Shown piece after piece: positions 1 through 10,308 of a DNA stretch of 57,739 bases. Under the pieces are notes generated by a model. The model did no database searches and was not told where the DNA came from. It worked only from the letters and a program-made list of their open reading frames with translations. Position 1 is the first letter of the stretch. The number at the start of each line of letters is the position of its first letter. The position numbers and the translations under genes were made by a program. Origin of the DNA: Sphingomonas sp. (GTDB taxonomy: Bacteria; Pseudomonadota; Alphaproteobacteria; Sphingomonadales; Sphingomonadaceae); the NCBI GenBank assembly GCA_013822915.1, contig PNLG01000208.1, positions 1 to 57,739 on the forward strand, written 5' to 3'.

Positions 1-1
1 C

Positions 2-982
2 CCGGTTTCGACCTCGCTCGACTGGGCCAAAGCGGCGCTGGGGGAGCGCGCCGACGGAGTCGTCGCGTTTGAGAGTGCGGCCGCGCTTGCTGCTTCGGGG
101 CGCTGCGACGCCGTGATTGTCGCCAGCCCCAACCACACTCACCGCGATACACTGACGCCGCTGTTCGATGCGGGCCTGCACATCCTGTGCGAAAAGCCGC
201 TGGCAACGACGATTGCCGATGCGCGGTGGATCGTCGACCGCGCGGCACAGTCGCCGGGCGTGTTCTGGACCGCGATGGAATATCGCTTCATGCCGCCCGC
301 CGCCGAATTCATCGCCGATGTCCATGGCGGCGCGGTGGGCGCGCTCAAGATGCTGTCGATCCGCGAACACCGCTTCCCGTTTCTGGTGAAAGTGGGTGAC
401 TGGAACCGCTTTGCCGAGAATACCGGCGGCACGATGGTGGAGAAATGTTGCCATTTCTTTGACCTGATGCGGCTGATTACCCGCAGCGAGCCGGTGCGCG
501 TCTATTGTTCGGGCGCGATGGATGTCAACCATCTGGATGAGAATTATGGCGGGCGCCGACCCGATATTATCGACAACAGCTATACCACTGTCGATTTCGC
601 CAATGGCGTGCGCGCAATGCTCGACCTGTCGATGTTTGCCGAAGGCGCTGAAAATCAGGAAGAAATAACTGCGGTCGGCGATATGGCCCGGCTCGACGTG
701 TTCATTCCAGAAGGCGCCATCGTCAGGTCGCCCCGCGTCGGCTTCGGCAATCCAAAACGGGTCAGCCGCCGCGTCGTCGATGTCGATGCAGCAGCGCTGG
801 CGGCGGGCAGCCACCATGGATCGACCTTTTACGAGCATCAGCGCTTCATCGCCGCCGTGCGCGGCGAGAGCGCAGTGGAGGTAACCGCGCATGATGGGAT
901 GATGGCAGTCGCCATCGGGGTCGCCGCCGAGCTGAGCGCGCGCGAGCACCGTGTGGTAACGATGGCGGAGCTTGACCTATAG
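2..982 (+). CDS. Gfo/Idh/MocA family oxidoreductase (inositol/sugar dehydrogenase-like), 5'-truncated by window edge
   Basis: Frame is open from position 2; ASPNHTH, LCEKP and H-x-x-D (HFFD) motifs. Confidence 0.9.
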   Translation, partial: PVSTSLDWAKAALGERADGVVAFESAAALAASGRCDAVIVASPNHTHRDTLTPLFDAGLHILCEKPLATTIADARWIVDRAAQSPGVFWTAMEYRFMPPAAEFIADVHGGAVGALKMLSIREHRFPFLVKVGDWNRFAENTGGTMVEKCCHFFDLMRLITRSEPVRVYCSGAMDVNHLDENYGGRRPDIIDNSYTTVDFANGVRAMLDLSMFAEGAENQEEITAVGDMARLDVFIPEGAIVRSPRVGFGNPKRVSRRVVDVDAAALAAGSHHGSTFYEHQRFIAAVRGESAVEVTAHDGMMAVAIGVAAELSAREHRVVTMAELDL

Positions 983-1071
983 CGGATAGAAAAGGTTGAC
1001 GGGGCCAAAACCAAACCAATTTGCACCCGGCCAGGCGCAGATTAGATGACGAAAAAATGGGAGGGACTGAA

Positions 1072-3471
1072 ATGATGAAATCCGCATTGATGACGAGCGC
1101 AGCCGCGGTCGCCATAATCCTGTCGGTGCCAGCCGCCGCGCAACAGGCACCGGCCAAACCCGACTCCGCCGAGACCGCCGTTGACCCCAACGCCGCGCCC
1201 GAAGTGATCGTGACCGCGCAAAAGCGCAGCGAACGGTTGCAGGACGTGCCCGTCGCCGTGACCGTGGTGGGCGGCGATGCGCTCGGTTCGCTCAGCAAGG
1301 CCAATTTGGAAGCCGCGCAATATCTGGTGCCGTCGTTCACCGTGCTGAAATCGGGCACCACGCTCAACCAGTCGCTGTTCTTGCGCGGCGTCGGCACTGC
1401 CACTTTCTCGATCGCGGGCGAGCCGTCGGTTTCGACGGTCGTGGACGGTGTGGTCTATAGCCGGTCAGGCGAGGCGTTTAGCGAGCTGGTCGACATCGAC
1501 CAACTCGAAGTATTGCGCGGGCCGCAGGGGACGCTGTTCGGCAAAAACGCTTCTGCTGGCGTGATTTCGATCACGTCGAAGCGACCGACGAGCAAGTTCG
1601 GCGGCTATCTCGAAGCATCCTATTTCACTGACACCGAATATCGCGCGCGCGCCGCCATCAATGTGCCGATCGGCGAAGATATTCGTACCCGCCTGACCGG
1701 ATTTTATTCAAACTATGATGGTAATATCCGCAATGTGACCACCAACACGCTGGTCAACGGATGGGAGCATTATGGCGCGCGGTTTCAGGTGGAGGCCCGC
1801 CCTACATCAACGCTCACATTGTCCTTCATTGCTGATTATTATCAGAACAATGATGATTGCTGCGCCGAAATCATCGCCACGCCGCCGATCAACGGCGTGA
1901 CCGGCCTGCCCACCACCAACTTGTCGACCGCCGCGCTCCCGACACCGCTTGGCGCCAATACCCGCCAGATTGCCCAAAATCTGGTGACGGCGACCGAAGA
2001 GCGCGGCTATGGATTTTCGCTGACGGCGGACCTCGCTCTGGGTCTGTACACGCTGACGTCGATCACGTCGTATCGCGACTGGCGCAACACCGAAATCCGC
2101 GATGGCGACTGGCTCCCGCAATCGTTCATCGGCTTTAACCAGCTTCACGATTTCGGGCCGCAAACCGGCGATACCTTCACGCAGGAACTGCGCCTCGCAT
2201 CACCCGCAAAGCAATTCATCACCTATGTTGTCGGCGCTTTTTATTCGCAGGCGGATTCCGTGCGGACCTTCAGCCGCTTTGTCGAGCGTTGCGCGTCGGC
2301 CGTCACGCCTGCGCCCACGGTGCTCACCCCGTGCACGAGCCCGCTGGCGGCCCCGCGGACCTTCCCGGTCGGCACCGCAACCTTCGGGTCAACGTTCAAG
2401 AATTTTGCCTTGTTTGGCCAAGGCTCGGTCAACATCGCCGAATGGTTCCGCCTGATCGGCGGCATCCGCTATACGCATGATGATTTGAGCGTGTTTCACC
2501 AGCGCGTTTCGAGCAATCTTGACATCAGCGCCGCGACCGGGCTGCCGGTGGGCACAGCCGGCATCAATCCCAATTTCGATCAGGGCGTGTTTGATTCGCC
2601 CGGCATCAACGGCGTTGTCTCGGCCAGCAACGGCATTCCGTTCCGTGCCGCCACCGCCAGCGACAATGTGTCGGGCAAGGTAGGGATTCAGGCCGATCTT
2701 TCAAAGAACAGCACGGGCTATTTCACTTATTCGCGCGGCTATAAGGGCCCGGCGTTCAACGTGTTTTTCAACCTGTCGAAAAACGGCACGAATGTAATCG
2801 CGCCGGAAACGTCGAATGCCTATGAAATCGGGCTCAAGAACTCGCTGTTCAACGGGCGGCTGGTGTTCAACATTGCCGCGTTCCTCGCGCAATATGATAA
2901 TTTTCAGGCGAATAATCCCGACCTGATTGCGGGCGTCGTCGTCACCCGCTTTACCAATGCGGGCCGTGTTTCAACCCGCGGCGTCGAAGTTGACGCAACC
3001 TGGCGGCCGGTACGCGACTTGAATGTCAATGGCGGTTTTGCGTGGACCGACGCGCATGTCGATGCGTTCAACGCGCCGCTTGGCGCAACCGTGATCCCAT
3101 CGGGCACACCGCTTGCCTTTGCACCACGGTTCAAGGGCAATTTGAGCGCTGATTATCGCTGGCGCACTGGCGGTACGATCGACGCGTTTTTCGGCGTGCA
3201 GGGGTCGTATCAAAGCTCGCAATTGTCGCTGTTCGCCGCCGATGCCGTGCAGCGCCGACTGGGCACGATTGGCGCTTATGGCCTGGTCAATCTGTCCGCC
3301 GGGATTGTCGATGCGAAGGATCGGTATCGCATCACGTTCCAGGTGCGCAACGTGGCCGACCAAAGCTTTGCCGCCGCGATTGCCAATGGCGGGCCGGGCG
3401 GCGCGTACCGCTATCAAATCCCGCGCGACGCCGATCGCTATTTCGGGGTGACGGGGCGGTTCAACTTCTAA
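1072..3471 (+). CDS. TonB-dependent outer-membrane receptor
   Basis: Signal peptide; EVIVTAQKR TonB-box/plug; EVLRGPQGTLFGKN motif; C-terminal Phe; GGAGGG RBS before ATG 1072. Confidence 0.95.
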   Translation: MMKSALMTSAAAVAIILSVPAAAQQAPAKPDSAETAVDPNAAPEVIVTAQKRSERLQDVPVAVTVVGGDALGSLSKANLEAAQYLVPSFTVLKSGTTLNQSLFLRGVGTATFSIAGEPSVSTVVDGVVYSRSGEAFSELVDIDQLEVLRGPQGTLFGKNASAGVISITSKRPTSKFGGYLEASYFTDTEYRARAAINVPIGEDIRTRLTGFYSNYDGNIRNVTTNTLVNGWEHYGARFQVEARPTSTLTLSFIADYYQNNDDCCAEIIATPPINGVTGLPTTNLSTAALPTPLGANTRQIAQNLVTATEERGYGFSLTADLALGLYTLTSITSYRDWRNTEIRDGDWLPQSFIGFNQLHDFGPQTGDTFTQELRLASPAKQFITYVVGAFYSQADSVRTFSRFVERCASAVTPAPTVLTPCTSPLAAPRTFPVGTATFGSTFKNFALFGQGSVNIAEWFRLIGGIRYTHDDLSVFHQRVSSNLDISAATGLPVGTAGINPNFDQGVFDSPGINGVVSASNGIPFRAATASDNVSGKVGIQADLSKNSTGYFTYSRGYKGPAFNVFFNLSKNGTNVIAPETSNAYEIGLKNSLFNGRLVFNIAAFLAQYDNFQANNPDLIAGVVVTRFTNAGRVSTRGVEVDATWRPVRDLNVNGGFAWTDAHVDAFNAPLGATVIPSGTPLAFAPRFKGNLSADYRWRTGGTIDAFFGVQGSYQSSQLSLFAADAVQRRLGTIGAYGLVNLSAGIVDAKDRYRITFQVRNVADQSFAAAIANGGPGGAYRYQIPRDADRYFGVTGRFNF

Positions 3472-3491
3472 ACCTGCGTCAGCCGCAAATC

Positions 3492-3529
3492 ACGGCCCGG
3501 TGGACAACGATCCGCCGGGCCGTTTTTTT
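3492..3529 (+). terminator. Rho-independent terminator after the TonB-dependent receptor
   Basis: ACGGCCCGGTGGA/TCCGCCGGGCCGT stem followed by a T run. Confidence 0.85.
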
Positions 3530-3600
3530 GACTGGAGTTTGTTCTACTTACGTGGAAGCGGGCTGGTGCCGCACCTGTGTCAGTATAGCTGAAACAAACT

Positions 3601-4836
3601 CTAGTGCGCAAAGGCGGTGCCGCGCTCAGATTCGTCCACCGGCACAATCACTGGCACGAGCATTTGGATAAAGCCCAGCGCCAGCAAATACGATCCCGAA
3701 CAAATCGCCAGCAATGGGCCATAGCCCCAGCCGTTGGCGATCGAAACGGCCGCGAGCTGAATCAGCACGATCGACCACATATTGCCGCAAAACGCCGCCA
3801 TCCCGATTGCGGAACCCACCACGCGGGCCGGAAACACATCGGTCGCAAAGCCGAACAGGTTCGTCGAAAAGCCCTGATGCGCGAACAGGCCAAGGCCGAG
3901 CAACAGCGCTGCACTCCAAGGGCTCGACACCACCAGCACCAGGCTGACCGGCAAGATCAAAAGGGCGTAGATCAGCAGCGTCACTTTGCGCGCGCGGTCA
4001 ACACTCCACCCCATCGCCATCAACCGGGTCGGCAACCAGCCGCCGGTCAGCGCGCCTGCTGCTGCAAACACATAAACCAGCGCGACCGGCAGCCCGACGG
4101 TCCCTTGCGGCAAGCCGAACAGGCGGTGGAACAGATCGGGCAGCCAGCTCAACATGAAGAACCACACCTGATCCGACAGCACTTTGGCAATTGCGAGCGC
4201 GAGCACTTTGCGATCGCGCAGCAAGCTGCTCCAGGCGATTGGCGTGGGCTCCGGCCCGTCGGTAGCGACCGGCTGCACCCGGATCGCGAACCAGACCGCC
4301 ACCCAAACGAGACCCAGCCCGCCCGCGATCAGGAACGCGGCCTTCCACCCCAGCACAATCGCAAGCGCCGGGATAACCAGCGGGGTGACGATCGCGCCGA
4401 TATTGGGCGCGGTATTGCCCACCCCCAGCGCGATCGAGCGTTCCTCCTGCCGGAAATAGGTCGCCGCCGATTTGACCGCGGCCGGCGTCCCGATCGATTC
4501 AGCCGCCCCCAGCACGACCCGCGCAATCACAAAGCCCAGCACGCCGGTGGCAAAGGCATGCGCCATGCCCGCAATGCTCCACACCGCGACCCCAATCGCA
4601 AAGCCCAGCCGCAGCCCCACCCGGTCAATGAACCAGCCGGTGCCCAAAAACGCGACGGCGGCCGAAAACTGGAACGCCGACACCATGTTGGCATAGTCCT
4701 GATTGGACCACTGAAACTCCGCCTCCAGCGTGGGTTTGAGCAGCGCCAGAATCTGCCGGTCGACATAGTTCAGCATGATCGCGAAAAACACCATCGCGAC
4801 AATTGCCCAACGCGTTGCGCCCCCGGTTTTGCTCAC
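3601..4836 (-). CDS. MFS transporter (ExuT/hexuronate-like, ACS family)
   Basis: LNYVDRQ and GWFIDRVG motifs, about 12 TM helices; GTG 4836 preceded by GGGGAGAGGG RBS. Confidence 0.88.
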   Translation of the reverse strand: MSKTGGATRWAIVAMVFFAIMLNYVDRQILALLKPTLEAEFQWSNQDYANMVSAFQFSAAVAFLGTGWFIDRVGLRLGFAIGVAVWSIAGMAHAFATGVLGFVIARVVLGAAESIGTPAAVKSAATYFRQEERSIALGVGNTAPNIGAIVTPLVIPALAIVLGWKAAFLIAGGLGLVWVAVWFAIRVQPVATDGPEPTPIAWSSLLRDRKVLALAIAKVLSDQVWFFMLSWLPDLFHRLFGLPQGTVGLPVALVYVFAAAGALTGGWLPTRLMAMGWSVDRARKVTLLIYALLILPVSLVLVVSSPWSAALLLGLGLFAHQGFSTNLFGFATDVFPARVVGSAIGMAAFCGNMWSIVLIQLAAVSIANGWGYGPLLAICSGSYLLALGFIQMLVPVIVPVDESERGTAFAH

Positions 4837-4864
4837 GTCCCTCTCCCCGCCCACAATTTTTCCC

Positions 4865-4876
4865 GATAACGTTGTC
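4865..4876. promoter_or_regulatory. Candidate LacI-family operator GATAACGTTGTC
   Basis: Near-perfect palindrome centred on AACGTT between divergent MFS and yeiH genes; a LacI gene is nearby. Confidence 0.6.
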
Positions 4877-4931
4877 ATATCGGTGCCGAGAGCGCTAGTC
4901 CGGCATCGCAATTCCGATACAAAGGGGGCAA

Positions 4932-5987
4932 ATGGAGCCGATGCAAGCAAAACCCCGTCCGCTGCCAATGGCGGCCGATCTCTATGGCGATATCGAACCA
5001 AGCCCGAAAGCATCATGGCGTGGCTATATGCCTGGTCTGCTGGTGGTTGGCGCGGGCACGCTGGCGGCGGGATTCATCTCGGACCATTATGGCGCGCCGC
5101 TCACGCTGATGGCGCTGCTGATCGGCCTCGCGCTCAATTTTCTGAGCGATGACGCAAGGTTGAACGCAGGGCTGGGGCTGGCATCGCGGTCGTTGTTGCG
5201 GTGGGGGATTGTGCTGATCGGGGTGCGGGTCACCTTTGGCCAGATCGCCGCCCTTGGCCCGGTCGCGTTGGCCGCGATTGTGAGTATCGTCGCGCTGGTG
5301 ATCGCGGTCGGCGTGCTGGCGGCGCGGCGGCTGGGGTTTAGCGATGCCTTTGGCGTGCTGGCGGGCGGCGCCGTTGCCATCTGCGGCGCGTCAGCGGCGC
5401 TGGCGCTCGCGACGACGCTTGGCGAGCGGCGGATCAATCAGGGGCAGTTGACGCTGGTGCTGGTGGGCATTTCGGCGATGAGCGCGGCGGCGCTCGTCCT
5501 CTACCCCATCCTTGCGCACATGCTGGCGCTCAGCGATCTGAAGGCCGGGTTCATGCTCGGCGCGGCGATCCATGATGTGGCGCAGACGCTGGGCGCGGGC
5601 TATGCCTATTCGCCGGGCGCAGGCGAGATTGCAGCGATCGTGAAGCTGACGCGCGTGGCGTTGCTGGCGCCGGTGCTCGCCGTCGTGGCCCTGTTTTTCC
5701 GGCCCGACGGCACCGGCGCCAAGCGGCAGGGGGTGCCGTGGTTCGTAATCGGCTTTTTCGCGCTGGCCGGGGTCAATTCGCTCGGCGTAATCCCGGTGGT
5801 GGTGGCAGGCGTTGCCGAACAGCTCGCGACCGCCATGCTCGCCTGCGCGGTCACCGCAACCGCGATCCGATCGCCAATGCGGCAATTGACCGCGGGCGGG
5901 CCACAGCCGCTGCTGGTGATTTTGGCCGCAACGGTCGTGGCGCTCGCGCTGGCGACGAGCGGTGGTGTGTTCCTGATCGCGGGTTAG
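4932..5987 (+). CDS. YeiH/putative sulfate exporter family membrane protein
   Basis: GAVAICGASAA, GAAIHDVAQ and VKLTRV motifs; multi-TM. Confidence 0.88.
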   Translation: MEPMQAKPRPLPMAADLYGDIEPSPKASWRGYMPGLLVVGAGTLAAGFISDHYGAPLTLMALLIGLALNFLSDDARLNAGLGLASRSLLRWGIVLIGVRVTFGQIAALGPVALAAIVSIVALVIAVGVLAARRLGFSDAFGVLAGGAVAICGASAALALATTLGERRINQGQLTLVLVGISAMSAAALVLYPILAHMLALSDLKAGFMLGAAIHDVAQTLGAGYAYSPGAGEIAAIVKLTRVALLAPVLAVVALFFRPDGTGAKRQGVPWFVIGFFALAGVNSLGVIPVVVAGVAEQLATAMLACAVTATAIRSPMRQLTAGGPQPLLVILAATVVALALATSGGVFLIAG

Positions 5988-7012
5988 GCGCGCGGCACTG
6001 CGGTCGACCCGCGCACCATCAGCTCGAACCCCAGCTCGCGCTGCTGCACCCCGTCCCCGGCATCAGCGGCGAGGAGCAGGTCGGCCGCCTGATACGCGAT
6101 GCGCCGCGTCGGCTGGCGGATCGTGGTCAGCGGCGGCCAAACCATGGTGGCGATCGGTGTATCATCAAACCCGGCAATCGACAGCGCCTCGGGCACTTTC
6201 ACCCCGCGCTGATGCGCAACCGACAGCGCGCCCGCCGCCATCTCGTCGTTCGCGGCGAAGATCGCACTCGGCGGATCGGCAAGCGCGAGCAGCGCAGCAG
6301 CACCTGCCGCGCCCGAGGCAAAGCCGTAATCGCCCGGCTGGATCAGCGCATCGTCGACCGGGACATTCGCTGCCGTCAGCGCATCGCAATACCCGGCTAA
6401 CCGCTGCGCGCTGGTTGCAAAGCCGGGGTCGCCCGCGATAAAGCCGATCCGGCGATGGCCCAGCCCGATCAGATAGCGGGTCATATCATACGCGGCGCGG
6501 CGATTGTCGATGAAAGTCGATGGGCCTTGCTGCGCATCCTGTCCGGGCGACACGCGCACAAACGGCACGGCCCGCGCCGCGAGCAGCGCCAGCACCGCCG
6601 GATCATCGGACGCAGGCGGGGTCAGGATCAACCCGTCAATCTGGGTCGAATCGATCAGGCTTTCGATATCGGCCAGCAACCGCTGCGATTGGCGGTCATA
6701 GGGCTGGGCAATCATCCGAACCCCCGCTTCCTCGCACCGGTCGCGAATGCCCGATTGCATTTCATACACATAATAGGGCGAAGGATTGTCGCAGATGAGC
6801 GCGATCTGGAACGATCGCCGCCCCGCCAGCGCTCGCGCCGCACTACTGGGTCGAAAGTGCAACCGCTCGACCACGGCTGCAACCCGCGCGCGGGTTTCGG
6901 CGCCCACATATTTCTCATCGTTGAGCACGCGCGACACGGTCTTGATCGACACACCGGCTTCGCGAGAGACGTCCTTGATCGTTACCCGCAACGACACATC
7001 CTTTGGTGGCAC
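5984..7012 (-). CDS. LacI family transcriptional regulator
   Basis: TIKDVSREAGVSIKTVSRVLN HTH and sugar-binding domain (GFDD, PPLTTIRQP); start approximate (GTG 7012 or 6997). Confidence 0.93.
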   Translation of the reverse strand: MPPKDVSLRVTIKDVSREAGVSIKTVSRVLNDEKYVGAETRARVAAVVERLHFRPSSAARALAGRRSFQIALICDNPSPYYVYEMQSGIRDRCEEAGVRMIAQPYDRQSQRLLADIESLIDSTQIDGLILTPPASDDPAVLALLAARAVPFVRVSPGQDAQQGPSTFIDNRRAAYDMTRYLIGLGHRRIGFIAGDPGFATSAQRLAGYCDALTAANVPVDDALIQPGDYGFASGAAGAAALLALADPPSAIFAANDEMAAGALSVAHQRGVKVPEALSIAGFDDTPIATMVWPPLTTIRQPTRRIAYQAADLLLAADAGDGVQQRELGFELMVRGSTAVPRA

Positions 7013-7126
7013 TTCTGCGCGCTCGGTTTGCCGGATGGTTGCCGCACCGTCCAGCGGTTTGCGCGGGCGTGATGTAGTGACATAATACAGTTGGCGGAGC
7101 CTCCGCCCTGCGATAGGATGCCGCCA

Positions 7127-9244
7127 ATGCGCACTGGCTTTTTCGATCTGCATCCGCACCGGGCGCCGCTGGGCGATGCGCCGCTTGAGCTGGTTGATGG
7201 CTTGCTCCCGCCGACGCACGGGTTCGGTGACGATGACGATCACCCGCCCGCCGATGCGGCGCACACCGACGAAGCGGGCCCGCGCAAACCGGGCCGCTGG
7301 CGGTCGCGGCTGCGCTGGACGGTGCGCGGGGTGGCGGCGCTGATCCTGTTGTTTTTTGTGGCGGTGGGCTGGCTTGCGATCACTGCACCCCTGTCGAAAT
7401 CGCTGGAGCCGATTGCCCCGCCCAGCATTACCCTGCTCGCCAGCAACGGCGCCCCGATCGCCCGGCGCGGGGCGATCATCGGCAAGCCGGTCGCGGCGAC
7501 CGAGTTGCCCGATCATGTCGTGCAGGCGTTTATCGCGATCGAGGATCGCCGCTTTTACCAGCATTGGGGCGTTGACCCATGGGGCATCGCGCGCGCGGTG
7601 GCGAGCAACATTGCGGCGGGCGGGCTGCGCCAGGGCGGGAGCACGATCACTCAGCAGCTTGCGAAGAACGCTTTCCTCGATTCCGACCGCACTGCGGCGC
7701 GCAAGCTGCGCGAAGTGATGATCGCGTTCTGGCTGGAGACATGGCTGACCAAGGACGAGATCCTGTCGCGCTACCTCTCCAACGTTTATTTCGGCGACAA
7801 TGTTTACGGGCTGGATGCGGCGGCAAAACATTATTTCAGCACCACGCCGGCCCGGCTGAGCTTGGCGCAGGCGGCGATGCTCGCCGGGCTGGTCAAGGCG
7901 CCGTCGCGGCTCGCGCCGACGGGCAATCTGGCGGGCGCACGCGCGCGACAAAAGCTGGTGGTGGGCGCAATGCGCGATCACGGGTTCCTGTCGGCGGATG
8001 CCGCCGCCGCTGTGCGTCCCGCGCGGCTGCGGGTGGACCGGATCGCCCTGCTCCCCAATGGTTCCTATTTCGCCGATTGGGTGTTGCCCGCCGCGCGCGA
8101 CCGGACCGGCGCAATCACGACCGAGCAGCGCGTGATGACCACGCTCGACGCGCGACTGCAACGCGCGGCCGAGGGTGCGGTGCGACGCGCGGGGTTGAAA
8201 AAGGCGCAAGTGGCGATCGTCGCGATGCGCCCCGATGGCCGGGTCGTCGCGATGGTCGGCGGCAAATCCTATGGCGACAGCCCGTTCAACCGCGCGACGC
8301 AAGCCCGGCGTCAGGCGGGCTCTGCGTTCAAGCTGTTCGTCTATCTCGCGGCACTGCGCGCCGGGATGACCCCGGACTCGATCGTGTCCGACGAACCGGT
8401 CACGATCGCCAATTGGGCGCCCAAGAATAATGACGGTCGATATCTGGGCAACATCACGCTGCGCGAAGCATTTGCGCGGTCGTCAAACGTCGTCGCTGCA
8501 CGCCTGACGCAGCAGCACGGTGTCGCGCAAGTGATACGTGCGGCGCGCGATCTGGGGATTTCAACGCCGATCCCCGATGAGGCGACGATCGCGCTGGGCA
8601 CTGCCAACACCTCGCTCCTTGAACTGACCGCTGCCTATGCCGCGATCGCTGCGGGCAGCTATCCGGTGCGCCCGCACGGGCTGGACGAGGTTGGCGAGCG
8701 CAGTTGGCTTGAGTATCTGGGCACCCGCTCGCGCCGATTGAGCGGCACCACTCAGGCGCAGCTCATGGACCTGCTCAGCGCGTCGATCAACGACGGCACC
8801 GGGCGGCAGGCGGCGCTCGCCATCGACAGTTTCGGCAAAACGGGCACCAGCCAGGACAATCGCGACGCGCTGTTCATCGGCTTTGCCCGCAATCTGGTGG
8901 TGGGGGTGTGGGTCGGCAATGACGATAACTCGCCCAATGCCGGGCTGTCGGGTGGCGGGGTGCCCGCGCGAATCTGGCGCGACTTCATGGGGAGTGCCTT
9001 GGGCGTCGGCGCGAAGGAACGCCCGCCCGTCATCACCGAACCCGAACCCGCCGAACTGCCCGATGCGGTGGAGGGCGTGATCGACAACAGCCTTGACGGG
9101 ATCGAGGGTGAGCTGAGCGGCTTTGGCCTCAACCTAAAAATCGGGCGCGACGGCACCATCGACCTGAAGCCCGCGCCCGGCGACCGCCCGCGCAATCGCC
9201 GCCGCCCCGACGACCGCATCCCCCCCGACGAAGAACCGCAATAA
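7127..9244 (+). CDS. Class A penicillin-binding protein (PBP1A family transglycosylase/transpeptidase)
   Basis: EDRRFYQH, GGSTITQQL, SAFK (SxxK), SSN and KTG motifs; N-terminal TM helix. Confidence 0.93.
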   Translation: MRTGFFDLHPHRAPLGDAPLELVDGLLPPTHGFGDDDDHPPADAAHTDEAGPRKPGRWRSRLRWTVRGVAALILLFFVAVGWLAITAPLSKSLEPIAPPSITLLASNGAPIARRGAIIGKPVAATELPDHVVQAFIAIEDRRFYQHWGVDPWGIARAVASNIAAGGLRQGGSTITQQLAKNAFLDSDRTAARKLREVMIAFWLETWLTKDEILSRYLSNVYFGDNVYGLDAAAKHYFSTTPARLSLAQAAMLAGLVKAPSRLAPTGNLAGARARQKLVVGAMRDHGFLSADAAAAVRPARLRVDRIALLPNGSYFADWVLPAARDRTGAITTEQRVMTTLDARLQRAAEGAVRRAGLKKAQVAIVAMRPDGRVVAMVGGKSYGDSPFNRATQARRQAGSAFKLFVYLAALRAGMTPDSIVSDEPVTIANWAPKNNDGRYLGNITLREAFARSSNVVAARLTQQHGVAQVIRAARDLGISTPIPDEATIALGTANTSLLELTAAYAAIAAGSYPVRPHGLDEVGERSWLEYLGTRSRRLSGTTQAQLMDLLSASINDGTGRQAALAIDSFGKTGTSQDNRDALFIGFARNLVVGVWVGNDDNSPNAGLSGGGVPARIWRDFMGSALGVGAKERPPVITEPEPAELPDAVEGVIDNSLDGIEGELSGFGLNLKIGRDGTIDLKPAPGDRPRNRRRPDDRIPPDEEPQ

Positions 9245-9296
9245 CCAGCCAAAGGCCCGGTTGACGCCGCCCGTGCTGGCCCGCATGGGGCGGTCC

Positions 9297-10298
9297 ATGC
9301 GGTTTTTCTCCGACAATGCAGCGCCTGCCTGCCCCGAAGTGGTCGACGCGATCAGCGCGGCCAATGTCATGGACACCGCCTATGACGGGGATGCGTGGAG
9401 CAAGGCGCTCGACACCCGGCTGTCGGCGTTGTTCGAGGCACCGGTGCGGGCGCTGTGGGTGCCCTCGGGCACGGCGGCCAATTGCCTGGCGCTCGCCGCT
9501 TTGTGCCCGCCGCACGGGGCGGTGATCTGCCACCGCGACGCGCATATCCAGAATGACGAATGCGGCGCGCCCGAATTCTACACTCACGGCGCCAAATTGC
9601 TGCTCGCCGAGGGCGCGGGGGCCAAGCTGACGGTTGAGAGCATTCAGGCCGTGCTCGATGCGACCCGCCGCGACGTGCATCAGGTGCAGCCGCACGCCGT
9701 GTCGATCACCAACGCGACCGAATATGGGCGGGTCTATACCCCCGATGAGGTGGCGGCGATTGGCGCGCTGTGCCGCACCCGCGGGCTCGGGCTGCACATG
9801 GACGGCGCGCGTTTTGCCAATGCGGTTGCGTTTCTTAAGCGTGCGCCCGGCGATGTGACCTGGCGGGCGGGCGTCGATGCGCTCTCGTTCGGGTTCATCA
9901 AAAACGGCGGGATGATGGCCGAATTGCTGGTGTTTTTTCGCACGGCGCTCGCCGACGCGACGCTCTATCGCCGCAAGCGTGCCGGGATGCTGCTGTCAAA
10001 GGGGCGCTATCTGGCGGCGCAAGTGATCGCGATGCTCGATGGCGATGTCTGGCTGCGCAACGCCCGCAGCGCCAATGCGGGCGCGGCGATGCTGGCGGCA
10101 GCGGCAGGCGACCGGCTGATCCACCCGGTCGAGGCCAATGAAGTGTTTTTGAAGGTATCCGCCGACGAAGCAGCATCGCTTCGCCGCCTGGGTTTTGACT
10201 TTTACGATTGGGGACCGGGCGAGGCGCGGCTGGTCGTCTCCTGGCATCAAAGCGAAGCCGATATCCGTCCGCTCGCCAACGCGATTGCCGCCCTTTGA
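9297..10298 (+). CDS. ltaE: Low-specificity L-threonine aldolase
   Basis: FFSDN, GTAAN, LHMDGAR motifs and PLP Lys in GFIKNG. Confidence 0.88.
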   Translation: MRFFSDNAAPACPEVVDAISAANVMDTAYDGDAWSKALDTRLSALFEAPVRALWVPSGTAANCLALAALCPPHGAVICHRDAHIQNDECGAPEFYTHGAKLLLAEGAGAKLTVESIQAVLDATRRDVHQVQPHAVSITNATEYGRVYTPDEVAAIGALCRTRGLGLHMDGARFANAVAFLKRAPGDVTWRAGVDALSFGFIKNGGMMAELLVFFRTALADATLYRRKRAGMLLSKGRYLAAQVIAMLDGDVWLRNARSANAGAAMLAAAAGDRLIHPVEANEVFLKVSADEAASLRRLGFDFYDWGPGEARLVVSWHQSEADIRPLANAIAAL

Positions 10299-10308
10299 GC
10301 GCCCTGGC

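Noticed and set aside
4837-5016. Longer MFS starts, including MTTLS at 4878
   Set aside because: The ATG at 4878 overlaps the operator-like palindrome; GTG 4836 has the strong RBS.
7013-8302. Long N-terminal extension of the LacI ORF (772 aa)
   Set aside because: It is the antisense shadow of the PBP gene; the LacI HTH begins near 7000.
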